Shown here: positions 38,579 through 50,850 of the stretch, piece by piece | Layout of the letters: every line of letters begins with the position of its first letter | Position numbering within the stretch: the stretch's first letter is position 1 | Origin: Octopus vulgaris | Lineage: Eukaryota | NCBI GenBank assembly: GCA_951406725.2 | Contig: OX597814.1 | Location: 56,234,001 to 56,298,000, forward strand | Length of the DNA: 64,000 nt | Direction: 5' to 3' | Notes under the pieces: generated by a model | The model's database searches: none | Told to the model about the DNA's origin: nothing | What the model saw: only the letters and a program-made list of their open reading frames with translations | Made by a program: the position numbers and the translations under genes

Positions 38579-39121
38579 GTAAAAACCACTCTTAATCTCC
38601 TTTTCTATGATAAGGATAACAATTTACTGCATAAGCTGATGTGAGAATTTTCATGTTGTCATTCATCTTGCAAGAAATAGCAACCACATCTTTCATAAAT
38701 CACACACTAATGTTTTTAAAAAATTAAGCCTATGATTGATTGTGTTGTCTTAGTTATACTGCAACTGAAATTAATGCATGATGGTCATGGCTAGATTGTC
38801 TAAGCATAAGCTTGCTTAATTGGGATTGATTTCGGTGCTAAACATCAACAACAGCTACTCTACAGCTCCTATGCAGTAAGCTTACACTGCCTGTACAATA
38901 CTGAATTTCTCTCAATATGTATATGAATAATTTCATTATAAGATCCATAACTGTTGAATTTTTTTTACTGTATATCAAGATACTTTACTCTTTGCCCCAT
39001 TGTCCCTCATGTATTAAATATGTATTAAACACCCTCTTAGGGGATTCAAAACTGTAAATTCCAATTGAGGTCGAAGTGTAGTTTTGTTTGTTGGAATATA
39101 GTTCAGTGGACAGTCTTGAAT

Positions 39122-39513
39122 TTATCTTATCTTTTATCTTTTAAATGTTTCAGTCATTAGACTGTTGCCATGCTAGGGCACTACCTTGAATAATTTTAGT
39201 CAAATTAATTAACCTTAGTACTTATTTTTTAAAGTCTGGTACTTATTCCATCAGTCTCTTTTGCTGGACCACTAAGTTACAAGGATGTAAACACAATAAC
39301 ACTGGTTGGCAAGAAGTGGTCAGGGAGAAACACAGATACACATGTACATGTGTGTACACATGTCAGACTTCTTTCACTTTCTGTTTACCAAATCCACTCA
39401 GAAGTTTTTAGTCAGCTTGAGGCTATAGTAAAACACACTTGCCCAAGTTGCCACACAGTGGGACTGGACCTAGGACCATGTCGTTGAAAAGCAAACTGCT
39501 TACCACACAGCCA
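39122..39513 (-). mobile_element. tRNA-derived SINE family A copy
   Basis: Full tail-body-head on the minus strand. Confidence 0.85.
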
Positions 39514-40321
39514 TTCAAGAGTAAAAGAAAGAAGAGAGAAGGTTGAGTAAGTCATGTACTAAGAATACTGGTTAAACTTACTTACACTTACCTAAATCAT
39601 ATATTATTTTATCTCCTCTCACAAATCACTCACCTGGCATCTTTATTGCCTTCTTAAGTAACTGAACATAGGATTGTCAGATACTTTTCTAGAGCAAAAA
39701 TTTCAAGTTTTGTATTTTTGTTATCAAGTACTCCTCATTATAGCTACAGGCATACATCAACTTAAGTTTGTAATTTGGTTCCAAGACATGCAACTTAAAT
39801 TGAAAAATGACATAATATGAAAAACATTTTAAAATATTTATCAGCTTATATCTCTTTTAATAAACGGTTTATACATATTTTCACATGTGTTTTATTTGAT
39901 TTTTCCATTTCAGTATTGGTTTTTGGTGTTTTTTCAAAAATTTTGTGCTTTTAAATATCTTTGTTAGATAATTTGACTGAAGTTGAAGCTTATTTCTACC
40001 ATATATTTCTTTAAATAAAAATGATGTAAAGTAAAAAAAAAAAAAGCATAACACCATGATATAAGTTGAAAGATGCCTGTAGTTCTATTTGATAATACAA
40101 ACTCAAACTTCATCCACTCTTTTATAACTTCAGAGAGTGTGTTCTCCAAAATTAAAGTATTTCACATTCTGAAGAATATTAAATCATGAAATTTGAGTAA
40201 ATTTCATGATAAACAAATTTAGTTGCTCTTACTCTCATGCCTTTTTGCCCTACAGAATCAGTGATATTACCATGAGAAAGGTTGAGCTATCTCTTTAGGA
40301 CTATGAAATTTCTCATCTTAA

Positions 40322-41037
40322 CCCTTTTGTTGTTACCAATTTCTCTTGAAGTACACTGATTTCAGTGAGTTTATCTCCCCATAATGTAGTAGTTCAGCAA
40401 AAGAGACTGATAGAATAAGTGCCAGGCTTAGAAGAAAAATAAGTACTGGGTTCAATTCATTCAACTAAAAGATAAAAGAGATAAAGAATTTAGTAAAAGA
40501 AATTTGTCATTATTAATCTAGTGCTTGGAACATAAATTTTTTCGTTCTAATTTTGGTACAAGGCCAGCAATTTTTAGAAGACAAGCAAGTCAATTACATC
40601 AACCCCAGCACTTAACTGCTCCTTATTTTATCAACCCCAAAAAGGATGAAAGGCATGCTAACATCTTATCAGCTTGCTGCCTTAGTTTGTATCATAAATT
40701 AACATAAAATTTTCATGGCAGTTTTTAATTCAGATAACTTTTAAAACAGGAATTTAGTATCATAGACTCAGGAGCAGTCTTAGACAAGTTGATATCAAAA
40801 GGGTTAACTCTTTAGCATTTAAACCAACTGTATATGCTACTTGTTTTATGGCCCATATATGCCGCTTGTTTTATGTTCTAACCAACCAGATCCAGCCTTT
40901 CACACCTACCCTTCAATGCCATTATAAAAATATACAATCACATCATGAAAATTCCAGAGCTATGAGATAACACATGATTAAGAACAGTGTGAAAGAAAAA
41001 GCGTTACATTTGACAAAATAATCTGAATGATAAATGG
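40322..41037. mobile_element. Two abutting piggyBac-like MITEs, the first with nested SINE fragments
   Basis: TTAA|CCCTTTTG...CAAAAGGG|TTAA (40322-40803), then CTCTTTAGCATT...AATGATAAATGG|TTAA (40808-41037). Confidence 0.72.
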
Positions 41038-41592
41038 TTAAAACAGCTGCTGTCTCAAGAAATGAATTTTCTCTTTTAACGGTATTAGATCATGAAATTT
41101 GAGCTGATGTTAGAAAAAAACTATTCAGAAATAACAATTTCTAAGCCACTTTAAGAATTAAAAATTTTTTGTCTTTAAACTATTGCTCACCATAATACGA
41201 TCCATAATGGAATACTGCTCACTGTTCCATTCACAAACATTGTATACCTTATTCAAATGAAAGCTAATTGATTGATTGACAAATATCAGTTACCAACATG
41301 TTTCAACCACTGGTACACTGACATACTATATCATTCTTCTGTCCTGTGCCTACCTTTCATTCTTTTGTCATCACTCTGCATTGTCTTTTATCCAACAAAT
41401 CCCATGCTAAACACCTCACCCCATCATTCCACTTCAGATCTCTGCATCTCTTTTTCTGTCCATATTCATTTTCTCTGAAGGTACCAGCCTGTGAAAGTTA
41501 AAACTGAACATTACCCCTACTGTCATCGTCAGCATGGGAGTAGTACTGCTCGTTTCTCTCAGATTAGAGAAAATTAAATAAAAACTGACTTT

Positions 41593-41684
<92 letters not shown>

Positions 41685-42316
41685 TAAAACCAAACACCTT
41701 TACATTTGCAGTAGTCAATAATAGTGGTGTTCTGTTAATTGACAAAATCCTCTCCATTTATAGTTTGGTTTCTCAATGAAATAGTCTCTGTCACTAGAGT
41801 TGATAGAAAAAGCAACCATATCTCCCTCTATATTACACCATACCATCTTAAATATAGATGGATACTTTTAACAATGTATTCTGTATAAATAAAATTGCAT
41901 GTTGGTTATGGCTTGAATGCCTTTGATCATAGGTCTGCTCAGTCAGAGCTGGCCTGAGGATAAGTAATATCGACAACTATATGGTTTTCGAAATATCAAA
42001 CTCGCATGTTATACTTATGCCATCACATTTATGTAGTTGAATACTAGCTGTAATTGTCATCTACCCTCTCTCTACCCATTCAAAGTTTTTATTATATTAA
42101 CAACCCTGTATCACATCTTGTATTACTTAAAGCTGTAGAATTACTCTGTTTAAAGTGCAAATGTTCACAACTCTTTTTACTTTATTTTTATTATTATTAT
42201 TATTCAACTCTACTTACGGAAACAAAATCTGTTAAAATTGCTTCTAAGAGTAAATGTAATTGATTCTGTCAAGTTTGGTTTTCTACAGCAGCATCCTAAC
42301 ACTAATTCAAAACAAT

Positions 42317-42357
<41 letters not shown>

Positions 42358-43460
42358 AGCATATATATATATTGATATATTCAGTATAACTATTTCTATA
42401 TAGCTACATCTACAATTCAGACATGAGCATGGATGTTTTACATGTTTTTATTTACTTACTGCAATGTATTTATTTCAATCGGTCATTTACAACTGAATAA
42501 GCTTTAAATTTGTTTCCTTTTTGTTGATGTTTTTTTAATTTTTGATACCACAGGTTTTATTGAATTATATTATACATTCTTTTATTTTTGTTTTTTCATC
42601 TGTATGTATGTGTATTCACCATCATCATCTTTGTTTTACTATGCTTTCTCATGTTGGACTAGTCTTTTTCAACTCAGCACCATGTTAGTTGTCACCTTCT
42701 TCATGCAGATTCAGCCTATTGAGATTAGTTTCACCACTTCTTCACATTGTCTTCCTTGCATTTCATTTTCCAATAGTTACTTCTATTCAGTTTGCTTGAC
42801 ACCTTTTATGCTTAATCATTGTCCTTCAAATACATCATGTCCATAACAGTGGAAACTTCCCTCTTGCCCAATACAGCTGACTTATCTCCATTTCATTTGC
42901 GTGCCATTGTCACACTGATATTATGAATGCAGTGAAGAGAGTTAGCCTCAATATTTTTCCAGCCTTCATTCATCTGCATTCATTGCCTATATTTTGCTAC
43001 CATGCAATATTGAATTTTTTATGCAAATATCATACAAACTACTTTTCACTCTGAGAGGGTCAGTACTTTTGTTGTAAGCAAATGCAATATCTCCTCAAGC
43101 ATTTTCCAACTCATTCTTATTTAGATTAAACCTTTGTAGCCCCCACCTCAACTGCTATTATCAATTACTTTTGGAAGTCCTTCTAAGGTGTTGAAGGAAC
43201 TCATTAAATAAGCTCTTTCACTACTTGTTACTCCTCTACATCAACTGTATTCAGAGTTCTTTTCTGTTAGTTTGCCTGTGATCACTTATGTACCCAGCAT
43301 CACTTACATACCCTTGTATATTGGGTATACTGTACACAATTCCTACATACACCTTTTCTGTATACTGTGTATGGCCATTTCCCACATGGCAGCAGAGTTC
43401 TTTATTCTCTCCTACTAAAATTTTTGTCAGCTAAAAGTAGTTCTCTCTCTCTCTCACACA

Positions 43461-43513
<53 letters not shown>

Positions 43514-44106
43514 AGACATACACACTTACATACATGCACACATGCATGCAAATATGCTCCCATGAGCACTGTTGCATGCACATATATATGCATGCATATT
43601 AGCATTTCTTTGCCCCTTTCTTCTCAGCATCAATAAGTGTGAGTATGCCATTGTTTTTCCATACACACATTTCTGTTAGCGATGTCTTGATCCATACTGA
43701 TACACTGATTTATTCCCTCTTCACAGAACATTGACCAACATCTTACTCTCTGCTTCACTTATTGTTAAGTGTACCTGATTTTTCTTCTAGTCATTTAGTA
43801 TTATTTCTTACTACCATTTCTGTCTCTTTTCTTCTAGTTTTTCAAAACCTGTTCCTTCACTTTTATTTTCTGTACCAATATATATAAATATTCCTAGCTG
43901 AAACATCTATAGATCTGATTTGTGGTTTGTTATAAGCATTACTTCGTATTTCTTTGGCTTCATGTATTGTCAAGGGATCTTTCAGCTTTTCTATCTTCTC
44001 CATATTTATCTTTCACCATGCTAATATTAATAGTGGCAGCTCTGAAGCCACCATGAATGTGATGATGATAGTTTCTTGTATCAGTTTTGATAGATGTGTT
44101 ATTTTA

Positions 44107-44500
44107 CAGGGATGAGTCAAAAATTATATGCATTCTTGTTTCTGTAATGTATTAAAACAAAAGCAGGGGTTGAACAATATATTATTTTTCAATATAGTCT
44201 CCTTGCTTTTTGATGCACTTCTTCCAGTGCTCCACATGATTGTGTATTCCATCACAGAAGAAGGTTTTCAGCTGGTCACACAGTCATTTATACACCACTT
44301 CATGTGCTTCTTTGTAGCAAATCAACACTTCATAATGGATGTTTGATGAATCAAAAGAGGTGATAGTCAAAGGAGGTGGGGCAGAAAGATCTGGACTGTG
44401 TATGCAGGGTGTTCCAGCAACTCAAAACCCAGTTTTTCAGTGGTTTCAATGGTGTGCAACAATAACACTTGATTTCACTAGAGATCTTGGCATTTGGTGC
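44107..44500 (-). mobile_element. mariner (DD34D-type) transposon 3' relic
   Basis: TA|CAGGG end. Minus strand LGFELLEHPAY..SPDL..DYHLF...KTFFCDGI...WKKCIKKQGDYIEK*. Confidence 0.8.
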
Positions 44501-44677
44501 AATGTTTGACATGATTTCCTTTTTCTTATTTTACCTTGGACTGGTTGACTTAAAATTGTAATAGTTGTTGTTCAGTTTCATCAGTTCTTTGCCAACAGTG
44601 TGTCAAAAACTTAAGTTTGCATTATTTGATGGTTTCTGTAAATAATGTAAATAATTTGATGGTTTCTGTAAATAGGA

Positions 44678-45170
44678 CATCATCATCATTTAATGTCCAT
44701 TGTCCATGCTGGCATGGGTTGGATGGTTTAACCAGAGCTAGAAGCTGGAAGGCTGCGCCAGACTCCAGTCTGATTTGGCATGGTTTTCTACAGCTGGATG
44801 CCCTTCCTAACACCAACCAGTCTGAGAGTGTAATGGGTGCTCTTATGTGCCACCAGCATGGGTGCCATTTGTGTAACACTAGTATCTGCCATGACTGCAA
44901 TGTTGCTTGGCTTGATGGGTCTTCTTCTCAAGGATGACATAATGTCAAAGGTCTTGGTCATTGCTTCTGTGAAGCCCAATGCTCGAAAGGAACTTAACCA
45001 CTTTACCTCCATGAGGCCCAACACTCAAAAGGAACTCAGTCACTTTGCTTCCACAAGGCCCAATGCTTGAAAGGTTCTCTTTATGCGCCACCAGCACAAG
45101 TGCTAGTTACGTGACACTAGCATCAGTCATGACTATGATTTCATTTGACTTGACAGGTCTTCTGCGCAGT
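44678..45170 (-). mobile_element. RTE-type 3'-UTR fragment
   Basis: (CAT)n tail and CAGCTGGATGCCCTTCCTAAC motif. Confidence 0.85.
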
Positions 45171-47880
45171 AAATCTTGTTCCCAATTCTACTTATCCTGA
45201 TTTTGATTGCTTTCATATGCATCCAGCATTCACAACCATATGTCAGTATGATTTCTATAACAACTCTAAAAAACTGTACAATAAACAACGGATGAGTAAA
45301 TGCCAGGTTTTCCATAGAATAATTAATAATAAAGTCTCTTAACAAGCAATAGAAACATAGCTTTTAGTCCCTTCATGGGCCTATTTCCCTTTCCTCTTTC
45401 AAATTCGTGCTTACTTTGTCTAATTTTGTGTGTGGTATACTGTGTATTCATGTGTATAAATGACTAACATATGTATTTGTCTATACATACATGTAAACTT
45501 TGTGACTCTTATGTTTCTGTAATGAATTTTGTATCTTGTCTTATATATTGTCCCTGCTTGTGAAATGCAATGATTAGCTGAATCAATAGAATGTTTAATA
45601 AAAATGCCTTGCTGTATTTAGCTGCATCCTTTTATACAATCTAATTGTGAATCCTGCTGAAATCAACTTTGCCTTTCATCCATCTGGTTCAATAAAAGTA
45701 AATACCATGCAAGTAACTGAGGTTGATTAGCTCAACTACATTCTGTTCCATTAAATGTGTGCTTTTGTGCTAAAGCTAAAAATTATTATTATAGCTGGTG
45801 TTATGGTCGTCATTGTCATCATCATCAGCAGTTGTTTTATGCTGTAAAAAGAATAATAGCAGTAGTGAAAGTTATGGTTGTTATAGTAGTAGTTGTAATT
45901 GTAACCTTCAATAAGACCATAAAATAGTGTATCCTGTTTATTGTAGGTGTGTGTATAGTGCATGTACTCATTTACATATGAGGAACACACTCCTATATAG
46001 AATGAAGTATGTATATCTATTGATGTTATTTCTTTTGCTCTGTTATGACTTGTTTACAGCTTAATCTATACCACAGTGTGTCTGTGTGTATAAGTGTTAT
46101 GTTTAGAACAAATGTATGGATTTCTTTTAACCTGGGATATGTATGTCCTTGTGTAGTGATATAAATGATTGGATGTACTCCAGTATCTTATATTGTTTTA
46201 CCTCCACTTATTTTAGAGGTTGAATTTTGACCCTGGGCAGAAGTAATATAATTTTGGCACTGACAGAATTTGGTCACAGAATGAAGTAGTGAGTTATGTG
46301 TCATAAAGTAACTTAGGTAATGAAATTGTAGACTCATTAGAGTCTTGAAATAAAGTGCCTAAAATATATTTATTCCATTTTGCTGCATTTTGAGTTCAAG
46401 TCTTGTCAAGCTTAACCTTTAACACACTGTAGGTGCATCATGCCACTGTATGGGTTTTCTCCCTTGTAGTAACAGGGGAAACAATTCTGGAGAAAATGCA
46501 GTGTACTAAAAGTTAATTTTGCCTTTCATCCTTTTGGAGTTGTCAAAAAAGTACCAGTCTGGAGCAGAGTATAGATATGCCTGATTGAATGCCTTGCAAT
46601 ATCTATTCCAGTCTTTTGTGTTTTGAGTCCAAATATTGTCATAGCTTCCATTAGAAGTAGTCTTAATCTGTCACTTGGTTTAACACAACCACCAGTCAAC
46701 TGGGATAACATCTGCTGTAATAATTCAGGCCAAGTCCTCAATTTGAGGATACCTTCCTTTTCTTATCCAACAGTAACTAAAACCCTGGAAGAGCTCTTGG
46801 GCATTGCCTTCCTTCCTAATTAAAAGATAAATGAAGTAAATAAATAAATAAAAGAAATTATCCTTGGTCTCTAAATTTTGCACCATCTTCTCCATCTTAG
46901 TTCTTGCTCTGATTGTATGTAGTAATACATGATTAGTGAGTCAATAACAAATGATAGAACATCACACTAAATTTTGTTCACTATTCTCTTGCATCCTAGT
47001 ACATCATTCTATATCCTTATTGTTTGAACTTTGTCGAATGACTATAAAAGGATTGATAATATCAATAATACATTGGAGGTGATTTATTTAACATTGAGTC
47101 TATCAAAGAAATAGTTATCATTGTAGAGGTAGATATAAAAAAATAGTGTTTACATTTGCATCAGTGTTTTTGCATTTTATCTTGAGTTTGAATGTATATA
47201 TCAACCCACCTGTATTAACCTCGCTAAGATAGATTGATACTGTATAACATTAACGTTCCCTGGACTTTTTGGTAAGGTTTGTTACTGTACTGAACTCATT
47301 TAAACATTTTCATTATGTCTTAGTACTGTAGTAATCTTATCCACACATATCACCTAGATATTGGGATACTATAATAACCTTACTTATATACTATGTAAAT
47401 AACAAATCAATAAGAGTGCTTCTATGTGGTCAACTGACCTGCAGGAATGACAACCATATCTCTTTTATATCATGTTCTTGTGTTATATGTGAGTGAGAAA
47501 AAGGAAAATGAGAGATGTTCACTTTTAGAATTACTTTGATCATAGAATATATCTGCTCAATTGTAGCTGGTTTGGAACTAAACAGTAAGAAGAATAACAA
47601 CTGTACTAACATCGCCCTTGTGTTGATGATGTTCAGTAAAAGTATTGATTGCAAATTTCGGCACAAGGCCAGCAATTTTGGGGAATTGGGATAGTCGATT
47701 ACATTGACTCCAGTGCACAACTGGTATTTAATTTATTGACCCCCCCCACACACACACACACAAAAGATGAAAGGCAAAGTCAACTTCAGCAGAACTTGAA
47801 CTCAGAATGTAAGGACGGTTGAAATGCCACTAAGCATTTTGCCTGGTGTGGTAATGATTCTGCCAGCTTGCAGCCTTATT

Positions 47881-48232
47881 CATCATCATCATCATCACTT
47901 AGCGTCCGCTTTCCATGCTAGCATGGATTGGACAGTTCAACTGGGGTCTGGGAAGCCAGAAGGCTGCACCAGGCCCAGTCTGATCTGGCAATGTTTCTAT
48001 GGCTGGATGCCCTTCCTAACGCCAACTACTCCATGGGTGTAGTGGGTGCTTTTTACGTGCCACTGGCACAGGTGCCAGATGAGTCTAGCAAACGACCACG
48101 ATTGGATGGTACTTTTACGTGCCACCGGCACGGGGACCAGGTGAGTCTGGCAACGGCCACGAATGGATGGTGCTTTTTACGTGCCACCAGCACGAGGCCA
48201 GTCAGGGCGGCACTGGCAATGGCCACGTTCGT
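47881..48232 (-). mobile_element. RTE LINE 3'-UTR fragment abutting a SINE B head
   Basis: Close match to 8838-9130, with three TTTTACGTGCCAC modules. Confidence 0.88.
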
Positions 48233-48434
48233 TTGTACAGTAAAAATATTACAACTAAACCAGATTAACTTCACCCTCACTCTCTAACTCTGTATTAACT
48301 TCTCTTTATCATCCAGGTTCTTTTTTTAAATACATCCAGAAATCACTATTTGTATATATTTGCAAAACAGTCTTTGCCCTGCAGTATTCCAATGTGGGTC
48401 TCATTTGAGCTTTCGAGAGGGTTAATAGTTAAAG

Positions 48435-49150
48435 TGTGGATGAAATATATTGGCTGGCCCTGAAAAGGTAGACTATTCGCTTTGTGATGCCATTTTTGAT
48501 ATGAAGAGTATATGCATTCATGGCTTAGATCCTCACTGATGGTGATGCCTTACATTTGTTATGACATTAAAGGTTCTAGTCGCATGTTGCTCACATTAGA
48601 TGTGTGGGAGATAAGACATTTCCTACATAAATGTAGAAATCGTATCTATGCTGTTGAAGGGACAAGATTGGCATGACTCCATTGGGACATGTTTACAAAA
48701 CCTTTGTTCCTAGAATCAGTAATATTCTGTCATTTCATCATAGTTCAAGATGTCTAGGTTGCATATGGATGACATTTGGCTGCAAAAGGTTAGAGAAGAA
48801 TGAAGAGTGATATCATTTGTGTAGGAATGGGTGTTTTTGGCAGTGATAACTCAAAGTTTGCTGATGTATTGGAGGAACACTGCAGAACACAAAATTGAAG
48901 CTTGAATCACAAAACCCAATAGAAAACCATTGAGCCAAGAGAAGAAAGTTGAATGGAGCCCATAGGCAAACATCTACCAGATTTGTGTACCACAATTGAA
49001 TACCTTTTTGATACTGAATGTAACACAACACTGTTTTCATCAAATTTTGTGAGGACAAGGACCATCAGGTGATTGACATTGGAGAGTAAGTCACCAATAT
49101 ATTTGGCTTTATGAAGGTCATACTTGTAGTCATTGAGGAAGACAGAGAAA
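48435..49150 (-). mobile_element. Heavily decayed CR1/Jockey-group LINE RT remnant
   Basis: Minus-strand pieces VTFSIKKVFN (~ALDISKAFD), AYGLHSTFFSWLNGFL, THSYTNDITLHSS (~YADD), GITISEDLS, LFRASQY. Confidence 0.55.
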
Positions 49151-49425
49151 TTCTAAAGAAATGAGCTTATCCATCTATTTGAGATTATTTAATGACCCTA
49201 CAATATATTTTTATCTTTAGAACCATTCCCTTTTGTTGTGATTATGTCTTTATCACATTTATTGCTAAGCAAAAGAAGCACATCTGTTTTTTTCTTCTCA
49301 GCTTTATAGTCTACTGATAGAGATGTGCTTAAGTATGCTCATTGGCATGGTTTTAGGTATGTTACTAACTAGCAACTAGTAACTACAAATTTGCAAATAC
49401 ACAATTTTTTCATTTGTTATTTCAG

Positions 49426-49535
49426 AATACTTGGCTTTCGCAGGACACCTTTGACAGTGGGCCGTTATTTAAACTTGCAGACTGAGGTTATTCCTGTGGC
49501 AAGTTCAAGATTGTTAGATACATTTTTTTACAAAG
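49426..49535 (+). CDS. FAM20B: FAM20B internal exon (110 nt, phase 2-1)
   Basis: TTATTTCAG|A...AAAG|GTTAGT; (R)[36 protein letters not shown], in frame with both flanking exons. Confidence 0.92.
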
Positions 49536-50220
49536 GTTAGTAAGACTGAATTTCTTTCACCACTTTTCATATTAAAATTTTCACAATAACATGTGTAACA
49601 TGTAGATGTATCTATGTAATGGAAAATAGTTTTTAAACTTCTGCTGCTGTTGTTTTCACTGTCATTGATGCATTGGTAACAACAGTATCAACATTTTTTT
49701 TTATCTTTTAATTCGGAGCTCATGACCTTTCATGGGACCTTCAAGATGAGCTGGGGTAAGGGAGGACTGTATTCTCAAACAAGAGACCTGACCTGAAAAC
49801 TTGTACTCTACTTTGGAACATAATGAAACTGAAGAATTTTAGCTGAGTGAATTTAGCTTATTTTTTTAAGCCTGGTACTTATTCTATCAGTTTCTTCTGC
49901 TGCACCACTCAGTTAATGGGATGTAATCACACTGATCCCAGTTGTCAAGCTGTGGTGGGGAAAAACACAGATACAAAGACGCATTCATATATATATATAT
50001 ATATATATATACATAAATATATATATATACACACACACACACATATATATATATATATCATACATGTATGTAAATTAGAGAAGAACCACCATGTAGCAAT
50101 TCAACAATGATATACTTAAATCATACCATATAGAAAAAAATTAAAAATATGATAAAACATTTACCAAGAACTAAATAAAGTACGAAATAATAAATAAATA
50201 AATAGTATGTAATTAGTAAA

Positions 50221-50300
50221 TAGACTACACTTGTTTTGTGGCTATATTTTCAAATTGATAACAATAAAATCAATTTAAATATAGTCACTCATCAGGTTTA
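50221..50300 (-). ncRNA. Type I hammerhead ribozyme-like motif, long stem II, G12 replaced by A
   Basis: Revcomp TAAAC|CTGATGA|GTGACTATATTT-AAATTGAT-9nt-ATCAATTT-GA-AAATATAGCCAC|AAAA|C-AAGT-G|TA|GTCTA. Confidence 0.7.
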
Positions 50301-50805
50301 AGATAAAAATAATAAAATAATTAAATAAATGTACGTATATTATCTTATAAGAAAATATAAATATGTATAATACGTAATTTTACAATAAAAAAACAAACAA
50401 AATTCAACAATATATCTTAAAATAAAAATATAAAATATCTTATTGAATATATTCTGTTAACTAAATCATTAAACTTAATACGTCGGGCTTAGTGTTTATA
50501 ATAAATTTATCGCATTATAATCGAAAGAATTCCAACTTTGTCTGATTTTCACATTTTATTTATAATCTTTTAATAAATGATACACTATAATGAAATGATA
50601 GAATATTAAATGTCCATTCTGTCAACAAACTGTGACACCAATCACTAATCAACTTAAATAATTTAGTGAAGCCACACACTGATTGGTCAGAATACAGTTT
50701 GCAAAAATTAACATTCTAGAGCCTATAGGAATGTATTTAATGCACACAGTTCAGCCATCTCACAACAGTTGTAAATTGTAAATCATAACTGTCACCACTA
50801 CTACA

Positions 50806-50850
50806 TGAACCTGAAGATTGCATAGTTTAATGCATAAAATTTCTAGTTCA
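50806..50850 (+). ncRNA. Minimal type I hammerhead ribozyme-like motif, G12 replaced by A
   Basis: TGAAC|CTGAAGA|T-TGCAT-AGTTTA-ATGCA-T|AAAA|TTTC|TA|GTTCA; perfect 5-bp stems I and II. Confidence 0.6.

Noticed and set aside
41470-41520. CTGAAGG...GAAA hammerhead-like motif
   Set aside because: A9 mismatch, only a 2-bp stem II, no UH site or adjacent stem I.
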